DNA from: Isurus oxyrinchus
Taxonomy: Eukaryota
DNA length: 64,000 bases
NCBI GenBank assembly: GCA_026770705.1
Contig: JANJGN010000071.1
Location: forward strand, 930,001 to 994,000
Direction of reading: 5' to 3'
Position 1 is the stretch's first letter; each line of letters starts with the position of its first letter. Positions 38,345-49,360 of the stretch are shown piece by piece. The notes beneath the pieces are model-generated. The model made no database searches. It was not told where the DNA came from and worked only from the letters and a program-made list of their open reading frames with translations. The translations under genes were made by a program, and so were the position numbers.

Positions 38345-39228
38345 GTGAGAGACTCGCTCAGGATCGATCTCCACTCAGCTGGATTGATCCCTAAACTCGA
38401 GAATTCCCTCCCTCAACCTCTCCACCTCTCTCTCTACCTCCTCTAAGATGCTCTTTACAACTGACCCCTTTGACCAAGCTTTGAATCACCTGACCTCATG
38501 TGACAATGGCAACACTTGGTCAAATTGGAGCCAGGCCGTTCAGGGGGTGATGTCAGGAAGCACTTCTTCACACAAAGGGGAGTGGAAATCTGGAACCCTC
38601 TCCCCCAGATAAGCTGCTTCATTGGGTGCAAGACAGAAAGCTTTGACAAAATGTCCTTTCTCAGCAATACTCAGGTTCTCCTCCCAAACGACGAAATATT
38701 ATAAATAAACATTACATAGATTACATCGAGAAACATTTTATATAAATGTTACATAGATTACATTGATAAATATTATATATAAATGTTACATAGATTACGT
38801 TGAGAAACGCAACAGCTGATTTGTGCAGAGCAAGATCCCACAAACAACAGCGTGAAAATGAGGTGATAATTGATTATTTTAGTGAGGTTAGTTGATACAT
38901 ATATATAGAAATTAAAGATATAATTACACATTTAGTGAGGGAAACCTGTCCATTTTAACAGGTCTGGGTGTGTATGTGACTCCAGTCTCAGACACCAACA
39001 TGGTTAACTCTTACCTGCCCTCTGAACTGGTCTCCCAGTTTGGGACAAACCAGTGGTTCAGGAGGAAGACCCCCCACCACCTTCTCAAGGGGAAACTAGG
39101 GATGGACAATAAATGTCAGCATTGCCCGAGAATGAGTATTTAAACACTGAGTGAGTGTATCGCTTCTCGAGATACATCGGAGCATCATTGTAAACCTGTA
39201 GTGCAGTAATTAATGGCTGTTTTTACAG

Positions 39229-39325
39229 GTAGAGACTCCAGTAAATGGACAGTAGGATTGTTCACGGCTGGGATCATGTTGAGTGTTTTCCTGGCTGGAA
39301 TCTTCATCTTCATCTGTGTGAGAAA
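39229..39325 (+). CDS. Gene C: neutral transmembrane exon
   Basis: Acceptor ttttacag|; GRDSSKWTVGLFTAGIMLSVFLAGIFIFICVRK; donor AGAAA|gtaagt. Confidence 0.88.
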
Positions 39326-40047
39326 GTAAGTCTGAAGATTTAACTTGATTTTAATCTAAACATTTGCTTAGGACTAATTGGACAGTTTTTACAAAGGGCC
39401 AGCACAGGCACGATGGGCTGAGTGGCTTCCTCCTGAGCTGTGAGATTTTAAATTCTTTCATCGAATGTGACTGTCATTGGCATGGCCAATACTAATTGCC
39501 CATTCCCAATTGCCCCTTGAGAAAGAGGTGGTGAGCTGCCTTCTTGACCCGCTGCAGTCCATGTGGTGTAGGTACACCCACAGTGCTGTTAGAGAGGGAG
39601 TTCCAGGATTTTGACCCAGCGACAGTGAAGGAACGGTGATATATTTCCAAGTCAGGATGGTGAGTGACTTGGAGGGGAACTTCCAGGTGGTGGTGTTCCC
39701 ATGTGTCTGCTGCCCTTGTCCTTCTAGATGGTAGAGGTCGTGGGTTTGGAAGGTGCTGTTGAAGGAGCCTTGCTGAGTTGCTGCAGTGCATCTTGTAGAT
39801 GGTACACACACTGCTGCCACTGTGTGTTCGTGGTGGAGGGAGTGAATGTTTAATGTGGTGGATGGGGTGTGGATCAATCGGGCTGCTTTGTCCTGGATGG
39901 TGTCAAGCTTCTTGATTCTGTGCTTTGTGCAGAAGTGATTTAAAGAGACAGTCCAGTCATTGGTGTAAGGTTACAGTGGGGTCTGTGTCTGTGCTGCACT
40001 GACTCTCTGCTATATGATAACCACAGTTTGATATTGTGTTATTGCAG

Positions 40048-40129
40048 GAGAAAGACAGCGATGGAGGAGAGAGTTTCAGGGACCAGTGACATTGCATTGA
40101 CCCCCAGTCCACTCTCTGTGAAGCACCAG
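40048..40129 (+). CDS. Gene C: cytoplasmic exon 1, module A
   Basis: Acceptor attgcag|; RKTAMEERVSGTSDIALTPSPLSVKHQ; donor CAG|gtacag; in phase with the TM exon. Confidence 0.8.
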
Positions 40130-40264
40130 GTACAGGAGCTGTTTACACTCACTCCAAAGCTTCAATCTCAGTGTGTAGACAACACGTGTCCCAGATTCCC
40201 AGCCCAGTTACCCACTGATTTGTACCTGTGGAGTCAGCAATGTTTCAGTATCATGCTGTCTCTC

Positions 40265-41018
40265 TGTTATGACACAGCAACTGGTAAAGACTGTTGTTTA
40301 AAATCCCAGAGGGAAACTTTAAACAACTGTCATAACCTATATTTCCCAGTGGAATGTTTGAGATGCAGCTCTAAATTCAGGAATAAGACCACCAGTTCTC
40401 GAGATGGTTTTATATCAAACTACATGAGCCATTTATTAATTAACACAAGTTAAACATATGCACATGGCTACAAACTAGTATTATCATAACTTTTTAACAA
40501 ATTCCCAAACTAATCTCCTCTAAGATAACCCATAGAATTTAAGCAGACACCCAGGCAAAGCATTTTCACCTCACAAATTCCAAATGAGGTTCCTTTCACT
40601 TTGGATCCTTTGCAGACAGGTGTAGGATTACAGCTGCTTTGATGTTACAAGCGTCTGCTCTGCACACACAAAACTGCTCAAGTTATACCCAGCTCTTCTC
40701 TTTGAATGTAAATTCTAATTGTATCATCAGGACCTTTGAACTCCATCCCTTCAAACAATAAATCCTCTGTCATAGTATCAATTTTATCAATAAAATAAAT
40801 GTTGATTGGTTTAAGATTTCACTCTCAGGTTTTGAATGCTCTGTTTAAAAATACAAATTTTTATGCCTCAGTTTACATCTCAAAACTACTATACATCAAA
40901 TACCCAGACTGGCTGGCTTTAATCCAATTAAAACACACACAGACACACCCACAGACTAAACCCCGATGTGAATAAAAATAATTTCCAATAACATGATATT
41001 TATTAATCGCATCATGAC
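40265..41018. mobile_element. Solo LTR-like element (paralog at ~43186-44117)
   Basis: tgttatgaca...catgaca TG/CA termini; shared by both duplicated modules. Confidence 0.55.
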
Positions 41019-41529
41019 AGTCTCTCTCTCTATCCCAACCTCCCTTTCTTTCTCTCTCTCTCTCTTTCTCTCTCTCTCATCCTCTCTCTGATTACAAGGT
41101 GCATGTTAATGAGCTTCACACCAGACACTTGAGTGCAGAATCCAACTGTCACTCACCAGAACCATTACCGAGGGAGTGCAAGACTGACAGAGGGTCAGTA
41201 CTGAGGGAGTGTTGCACTGTCGGAGGGTCAGTACTGAGGGCGAGCTGCACTGTCGGAGTGTCAGTACTGAGGGAGCGCTGCACTGTCGGAGGGTCAGTAA
41301 TGAGGGAGCGCTGCACTGTCGGAGGGTCAGTACTGAGGGAGTGCTGCACTGTCGGAGGGTCAGTCCTGAGGGAGCGTTGCACTGCCATAGGTGGTATCTT
41401 TCATATGACATGAGAGAGAGGGTTAAACCAACTGAGACACGACTGACATTAACAAGGCTGCACAATAATTTAACCCTATCAGTGCCAGTAAATGATGTGA
41501 GGATAACTTCTGTTTCGATTTCTCTGTAG

Positions 41530-41778
41530 GGTAAACAGAACGTGCTGATTACTGAGCCCCAGAACACAAAGAGAGACGCAACTGGCGAGGGGGAGACCCC
41601 AGCTCCCTGGGGTCTCTCTGAAGATGCAGTGGGAGGCGATGTTGGACATGGGAACCCTGACAAACCTGAAGAGTTTCTCTACGCCAATCCCCAAGTCTTG
41701 AGGATGTCCAGTGGTGATGGGTCTGTCCACAGGGAAGTGGAGACGGAATACGCACAGATCAGGTTCGAGCATAACTGA
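41530..41778 (+). CDS. Gene C: terminal cytoplasmic exon A (degenerate ITIM FLYANP + ITSM TEYAQI)
   Basis: Acceptor ctctgtag|; GKQNVLITEP...EEFLYANPQV...ETEYAQIRFEHN-TGA. AATAAA at 42345-42350. Confidence 0.82.
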   Translation, partial: GKQNVLITEPQNTKRDATGEGETPAPWGLSEDAVGGDVGHGNPDKPEEFLYANPQVLRMSSGDGSVHREVETEYAQIRFEHN

Positions 41779-42967
41779 ATGAGAAATGGGGAGAGTGAGT
41801 GAGGAGGTATGGGGGTGGGGGTAGTGATTGAGATTCCTGGGAACAGGAAACACCCACTGGGGGAGAGGGGGAAAGAGGGAGGAAGGGATGGAATTGGGCT
41901 GCGGTTGGTGTGGTTTGGAATGAAATGCTTCTCCAGAGAGGACTGGATGCTGAGCCATTGGGGATAGAGATTCACTGTCTTTCTCTCTCTCTCTCTCTCT
42001 CTCCCTCTCTCTCTCGCTCTCTCCCTCTCTCTCTCTCTCTCTCTCCCTGTCTCTGTCTTTCTTTCTGTGTCTGTCTCTCATTCCCTATCTCCAGCTCCTC
42101 CTTTAAGATGCCCGTTAATAACTGACTTTGTTGACTCAGCTGTTGGTCTCCTGTCCCTAATATCTCCTCATGTGCCTCAGAGTCAGGTGAAGATGTCACT
42201 AACAATCCCCAGATGAGCCTTAGGACATTTTGCTACATTGAAGGTGCTATATAAATGCAAGTGGTTGTAGTAACTCTGATCTGCTTCGATTAACAATAGA
42301 ACCACAAAGGCTCCTTCGACAGGGAGTGTGTGCAGCAGGGTCACAATAAATACATTGAGCTGTGAGATTTTTAATTCTTTCATCGAATGTGTCTGTCACT
42401 GGTGATGTCAGCATTAATGCCCATCCCTAATTGCCCTTGAGAAGGTGGTGGTGAGCTGCCTTCTTGACCCGCTGCGGTCCATGTGGTGTAGGTACACCCA
42501 CAGTGCTGTTAGAGAGGGAGTTCCAGGATTTTGACCCAGCGACAATGAAGGAACGGTGATATATTTCCAAGTCAGGATGGTGAGTGACTTGGAGGGGAAC
42601 TTCCAGGTGGTGGTGTTCCCATGTGTCTGCTGCCCTTGTCCTTCTAGATGGTAGAGTTCGTGGGTTTGGAAGGTGCTGTTGAAGGAGCCTTGCTGAGTTG
42701 CTGCAGTGCATCTTGTAGATGGTACACACACTGCTGCCACTGTGTGTTCATGGTGGAGGGAGTGAATGTTTAATGTGGGGGATGGGTTGTAGATCAATCG
42801 GGCTGCTTTGTCCTGGATGGTGTCAAGATTCTAGATTCTGTGCTTTGTGCAGAAGTGATTTAAAGAGACAGTCCAGTCATTGGTGTAAGGTTACAGTGTG
42901 CTCTATGTCTGTGCTGCACTGACTCTCTGCTATATGATAACCACAGTGTCATATTGTGTTATTGCAG

Positions 42968-43049
42968 GAGAAAGACAGCGATGGAGGAGAGAGTTTCAGG
43001 GACCAGAGACATTGCATTGACCCCCAGTTCACTCTGTGTGAAGCACCAG
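42968..43049 (+). CDS. Gene C: cytoplasmic exon 1, module B
   Basis: RKTAMEERVSGTRDIALTPSSLCVKHQ; splice sites intact. Confidence 0.75.
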
Positions 43050-44609
43050 GTACAGGAGCTGTTTACACTCACTCCAAAGCTTCAATCTCAGTGTGTAGAC
43101 AACACATGTCCCAGATTCCCAGCCCAGTTACCCACTGATTTGTATCTGTGGAGTCAGCAATGGTTCAGTATCATGCTGTCTCTCTATTATGACACAGAAA
43201 CTGGTAAAGGCTGTTGTTTAAAATCCCAGAGGGAAACTTTAAACAACTGTCATAACCTATATTTCCCAGTGGAATGTTTGAGATGCAGCTCTAAATTCAG
43301 GAATAAGACCACCAGTTCTTGAGATGGTTTTATATCAAACTACTTGAGACATATATTAATTTACACAAGTTAAACATATGCACATGGCTACAAACTAGTA
43401 TCATCATAAATTTTTAACAAATTCTCAAACTAATCTCCTCTAAGACAACCCATTATCTTTAAGCAGACACCCAGGCAAAGCATTTTCACCTCACAAATTC
43501 CAAATGAGGTTCCTTTCACTTTGGTTCCTTTGCAGACAGGTGTAGGCTTACAGCTGCTTTGATGTTACAAGCCTCTGTTCTGCACACACAAAACTGCTCA
43601 AGTTATACCCAGCTCTTGAGTGTAAGGAAGACGGAGATTGATGGGCTCTTGATTGGTCAGGGGATCAAAGGTTAGGAGAGAAGGTGGGAGAATGGGGTTT
43701 GTGAAACATATCAGCCATGTATGAATGGTGGAGCAGACTCGATGGACCGAATGGTCTAATTTCTCCTCCTATATCTGATGGTCTTATGGCTTCTGTTTGA
43801 AGGTAAATTCGCAATGTATCATCAGGACCTTTGAACTCCATCTCTTCCAATAATAAATCCCCTTTTATCGTATCAATTTTATTAGTAATATAAACGTTGA
43901 TTGGTTTAAGATTTCACTCTCAGGCATTTAATGTTTTATTTAAAAATGCAAATTACCACTTTACCTCTTTGTTTACATCTGAAAACTACTATACATCAAA
44001 GCACCCAGACTGGCTGGCTTTAATCCAATTAAAATACACACAGACACACACACAGACTAAACCTCTGTTTAAAAAGACAGTTTGCATTTATAATACAAAC
44101 ATTAATAGATTAATAACACTCTGTCTCTGTCCCTCCTCTCTCCCTCTCTCTCATCCTCTCTCTGATTACAAGGTTCATGTTATTGAGCCTCACACCAGGC
44201 ACCTGTGTGCAGATTCCAAGCCATCACTCACCAGAGCCATTACCGAGGGAGTGCTGCACTGTTGGAGGGTCAGTACTGAGGGAGTGCTGCACTGTTGGAG
44301 GGTCAGTACTGAGGGAGTGCTGCACTGACAGAGGGTCAGTACTGAGGGAGCGCTGTATTGTCGGAGGGTCAGCACTGAGGGAGTGCTGCACTGTCAGAGG
44401 GTCAGTATTGAGGGAGTGCTGCACTGTTGGAGTGTGATAGAGATTAAATTATAAAGAGAGAGAGAAAGCGAGAGAGACAGAGAAAGAGAGTGAAAAAAAG
44501 GGTTAAACCCACTGAGATACGACTGACACTAATGAGGCTGCACAATAATTTAACCCTATCAGTACCAGTAATTGATGTGAGGATATCTTCTGTTTCCATT
44601 TCTCTGTAG

Positions 44610-44858
44610 GGTAAACAGAACGTGCTGATTACTGAGCCCCGGAACACAACCAGAGACACAACTAGTGAGGGGGAGACCCCAGCTCCCCGGGATCTCTCTG
44701 AAGGTCCAGTGGGAGGCGATGTTGGACATGGGAACCCCGACAATCCCGCCAAGCTTCTCTACGCCAACATCAACTTTTCAAAGCTGCCCGGCGGTGACAG
44801 GACTGTGCACAGGAGCGAGGACACGGAATACGCACAGATCAGGTTCCAGAAAAACTGA
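44610..44858 (+). CDS. Gene C: terminal cytoplasmic exon B (ITIM LLYANI + ITSM TEYAQI)
   Basis: GKQNVLITEP...KLLYANINF...DTEYAQIRFQKN-TGA; classic Siglec proximal ITIM and distal ITSM spacing. Confidence 0.82.
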   Translation, partial: GKQNVLITEPRNTTRDTTSEGETPAPRDLSEGPVGGDVGHGNPDNPAKLLYANINFSKLPGGDRTVHRSEDTEYAQIRFQKN

Positions 44859-45049
44859 GTGTGAAACAGGGAGCGGGGCTGTGGGGTGTGTGCAGCCAAC
44901 ATGGCCAAATAGTAATGAACAGAAATATGATGTTGCTCAACTTTTTTTTATTGGTTCTGAGTGAGCTTTCTGAATGCTGCACCTTTTTCCATGCTGTAAA
45001 AGATTGTGAGAAGCTTATGAATTATGTATAATTTAACATCTGTTAATAC

Positions 45050-47155
45050 AAGGTGAGGTGAGAGTGACTGCCTTTGACATCAAGGCTGCATTTGACCGAG
45101 TGTGGCATCTAGGATCCCGAGTAAAACTGGAGTCAATGGGAATCAGGGGTGGTACGAAAGTATAATAATTTGCTTAATATTTTCCTGGTTTGTTGTAAAC
45201 TAGGTTTATGGGTGTGAGTGTAGATGGGTCTGTCTGTGTGGTTTAATTACACCTGGAGTCAGGTAGACTGCAAGTTTGAGATTATCAAAAGAAGCTAGGT
45301 GTAGAAATGTACTTGAAATGCTAATGAGTGAACATGGAGGCTTTCTTTGCATGTGAGGTGAGAAAGAGAATTTTAATTTTTAGGTAAGTGAAGGGATTGT
45401 TTGGATTTCAAAGGGCTGTTGGTCTGTTTACAACGAGGCCGATATGCAAGGCAAAGGAGTGTGTTTATTTTTCCCAAAGGTTATTGACAACATTGGCAAC
45501 ATGAAAGTTTTTATATTATGGGAAATGTATCATTCCAAAGACATATGGAACAATGAAATTTACATATCAAAGAGAGAGAAACATCAACAAAGGAGAATGA
45601 AAGGCTATGTTGGGGATCATGTAAAATCTAACAAGAGTGTGTGAATCAGCCTTGAAGAAGCCTCCAGGCATTTGTCCATAGGTCTGTTATGTTCAGCGAC
45701 TGTCGTTCGAGAAAGCCATTTGGAAATCCACTCTCAAGTGTGTTCTGTGTTAACTTGCTGGTTCTGTTTTTAAATCTAAAATCTATTTTGGTTTATTGCC
45801 TAAAAGGAGTTTTACTGCTCACTTCCAGACTTCCCAATGCCTGTCCACCATCTTCAAGGTTAATTAGGAAGTTTAGGATTTGTTATAGTAGTAACCGTAT
45901 CCTTATGTGTGTGCTTTAAATCTTAAATAAATATTAAAATTTAATTTTTAAGATCTCTAAATGTCTTGGTTGACACATTACTCCTGAATTCAGTGCACAC
46001 ATCTCATAATAAATACAAATCGCAAAACTGTTGTGATAGTGTGACCAAGTTTCCCTTGTGGATTTGGTCCCCCGGCACACATCATCTACCACATCATAAC
46101 AGAGGGAAAACTCTCCACTGGTTGGAGCCATACCCAGCACAAAGGAAGATAGTTGTGGTTGTTGGAGGTCAATCATCTCAGTTCCAGGACATCACTGCAG
46201 GAGTTACTCAGGGTAGTGTCCAAGACCCAACCACCTTCAGCTGCTTCATCAATGACCTTCCTTCCATCATAAGGACAGAAGTGTGGATGTTCACTGATGA
46301 TTGCACAATGTTCAGCACCATTCACGTCTCCTCAGATACTGAAGCAGTCCTTGTCCAAATGCAGCAAGACCTGGACAATATCCAGGCTTGGGCTGACAAG
46401 TGTCAGGCAATGACCATCTCCAATAAGAGAGAATCTAACCATCGCTCCTTGATGTTCAATGACATTACCACTGCTGAATGCCCCACTATCAACATCCTGG
46501 TGGTTACCATTGACCAGAAATTGTACTGGACTAGCCATAAAAATACTGTGGCTACAAGAGCAGGTCAGAGGCTGGGAATCATGCAGTGAGTAACTCACTC
46601 CAGACTCCCCAAAACCTGTCCACCGTCTTCAAGGCACAGGTCAGGAGTGTGATGGAAGACTCTCCACTTGCCTGGATGAGTGCAGCTCCAACAAGATTCA
46701 ATAAACTCAACACCACTCAGGACAAAGCAGCCCCACTAGTTCGGCTCCCCATCCACAAACATTCACTCTCTGCACAACCGACACACAGTAGCAGCAGTGT
46801 GTACCAGCTACAAGGTGCACTGCAGGAACTCACCAAAACTCCTTAGGCAGCACCTTCAAACACACGACCACTACCATCTCGAATTACAGGGCAGCAGATA
46901 CATGGTAACACCACCACCTGGAAGTTACCCTCCAAGTCACTCACTATCCTGACTTGGAAATATATCGGCCGTTCCTTCACAGTCACTGGGTCCTAATCCT
47001 GGAACACCCTCCCTAACAGCATTGTGGGTGTACCTACACCACATAGACTGCAACAGTTCAAGAAGGCAGCTCATTACCATATTCTCAAGGGCTATTAGGG
47101 ATGGGCAATAATTCTGGCCTCGCCAGTTCCGTCCATATCCCATAAATGAATATAA
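45050..47155 (+). mobile_element. CR1-clade LINE RT fragment with a nested solo LTR (45150-46101)
   Basis: FDIKAAFDRVWH, QGSV..PTTFSCFINDLPS and FTDD motifs. It interrupts the 3' flank shared with genes A/B. Confidence 0.8.
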
Positions 47156-48189
47156 AAAACAAGCAATTAAAATGCTCAGACATTTCTCTATATTGTTTTT
47201 CAAATGAAATACCATACTCTGGTGAATAACTGCATTCTCCAAGGCACCATTTCCTGTTATCACATGCCCTTTTCATTATTTACAATCATGTACCTTCATT
47301 TGTAATGTAACATTCCCATGTAAACATGTCACATTGTAGTTACACCCTCCTGCCAGTGGTGGTGCTCTAGTGTCATAGTTTTACCTCTCAGAAGATGGAG
47401 GAAATATATCCACTGTATTTACAATATTAGAAACACTCAGGGGTGACCAGGGGATTCTTTAGGTCATGTTTACGATGTTGTTAAGATACAAGGGGCCAGT
47501 GGGATTTTTCCACTGCGTTTACAATGTTGTTAAGACAGGATTCGGGTGAAAGATGACCTTCAACCCATCATCCCTCTCATGCCGCGCGGGATCAATAGCC
47601 TTAAGTCAGGGCCTGGCAGTTTGTGGGAACAGTCCCTGTGCCTGATTGGATAGGCTCAAAGTGAACCCAGTGTTGGGTCTTGAGCCTCAAGATCCTGGAA
47701 CAGGCACAGAGTGGACACCTCGGATGGATGTCAAAAACCCCATGGACACTTTTTGGGTGAAGTGTAGGGGGTGGGTATGGAGTCGGGTGGGGCAGTTATC
47801 CCCAGTGTCCTGGGACCAATATTTATCCCTAAACCAACATCATTAAAAAAAAACAGATGTTCTGGGTCTGTATCTCACTGCTGTTTGTGGGATCCTGCTG
47901 TGCAGAAATTGTCTGCCATGTTTCCTACTGTTCCACAGCATCCACTGTTCAAAAACATTTCTCAGGGAATGAAGGACTATCTTTGAAGTGCAGATCCCCG
48001 TTGTAATGTAGGAAACACCACAGTCAATTTGCGCACAGCAAGCTCCCACAAACAGCAATGTGAGAATGAGCCAGACCATCTGTTTTTAGGGTGTTAGTTG
48101 GGGGTAAATATTGGCCCCAGTATTCTAAGGCACTCGATACAGGGTTGTGTTTAAGAAGTTTTTGAAGTGTCTGGCACAGTTTTCTAAAG

Positions 48190-49360
48190 CCCCTCTCAGA
48201 CCCCACCTGTAGTCACTGGGGTCAGTCCTGGACCCCACACCTCAGGGAGGGGATATTGTCCTCGGAGGGGCTGCAGCCCAGAGTCACCAGAACGATCCCG
48301 GGGCTGAAAGGGTTAAATCCCGAGGACAGGTTGCACAGACCAGGCTTGTGTTCCCTCGAGTCTCGAAGATTAAGGGGTGATCTAATCGAGGGGTTTAAGA
48401 TGAATAAAGGATTCGATGGGGTCGATAGAGAGAAACTATTTCCCCGGATGGTGGNNNNNNNNNNNNNNNNNNNNNNNNNNNNNNNNNNNNNNNNNNNNNN
48501 NNNNNNNNNNNNNNNNNNNNNNNNNNNNNNNNNNNNNNNNNNNNNNNNNNNNNNNNNNNNNNNNNNNNNNNNNNNNNNNNNNNNNNNNNNNNNNNNNNNN
48601 NNNNNNNNNNNNNNNNNNNNNNNNNNNNNNNNNNNNNNNNNNNNNNNNNNNNNNNNNNNNNNNNNNNNNNNNNNNNNNNNNNNNNNNNNNNNNNNNNNNN
48701 NNNNNNNNNNNNNNNNNNNNNNNNNNNNNNNNNNNNNNNNNNNNNNNNNNNNNNNNNNNNNNNNNNNNNNNNNNNNNNNNNNNNNNNNNNNNNNNNNNNN
48801 NNNNNNNNNNNNNNNNNNNNNNNNNNNNNNNNNNNNNNNNNNNNNNNNNNNNNNNNNNNNNNNNNNNNNNNNNNNNNNNNNNNNNNNNNNNNNAGTGTGG
48901 GGGTGGGGGTGNNNNNNNNNNNNNNNNNNNNNNNNNNNNNNNNNNNNNNNNNNNNNNNNNNNNNNNNNNNNNNNNNNNNNNNNNNNNNNNNNNNNNNNNN
49001 NNNNNNNNNNNNNNNNNNNNNNNNNNNNNNNNNNNNNNNNNNNNTGAGGTGAGGAGGGTTCAGAACAAGGGGGCAGAACATTAACATTGGAGCCAGGCCG
49101 TTCAGGGGGTGATGTCAGGAAGCACTTCTTCACACAAAGCGGGGGTGGAAATCTGGAACTCTCTCCCCCAGAAAAAGCTGTCGAGACTGGGAGGGGTCAA
49201 TTGTAAATTTCAAAACTGAGATTGGGAGATTGTTGTTGGGTCGGGGGTTAAGGGTCACGGAACCGAGGCGGGTGGATGGGGTTAAGATACAGATCAGCTG
49301 TGATGTAGTCAAATAGAGAAGGAGGCTAGAGGGGCTGAATGGCCTCTTCCTGTTCCTGTG
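48190..49360 (+). mobile_element. CR1 LINE 3' fragment spanning N-runs
   Basis: RLRGDLIEGFKMNKGFDGVDREKLFP plus a CR1 3' UTR. Confidence 0.7.

Noticed and set aside
40095-40120. LTPSPL in cytoplasmic exon 1 as a decayed ITIM (LTYSPL)
   Set aside because: Neither copy has a tyrosine, so this is speculation without an outgroup.
5675-44858. Assigning the symbol MAG, CD22 or SIGLEC15
   Set aside because: The Siglec motifs are clear, but domain number, multi-copy organisation, tails and divergence do not allow an orthology call without a phylogeny.
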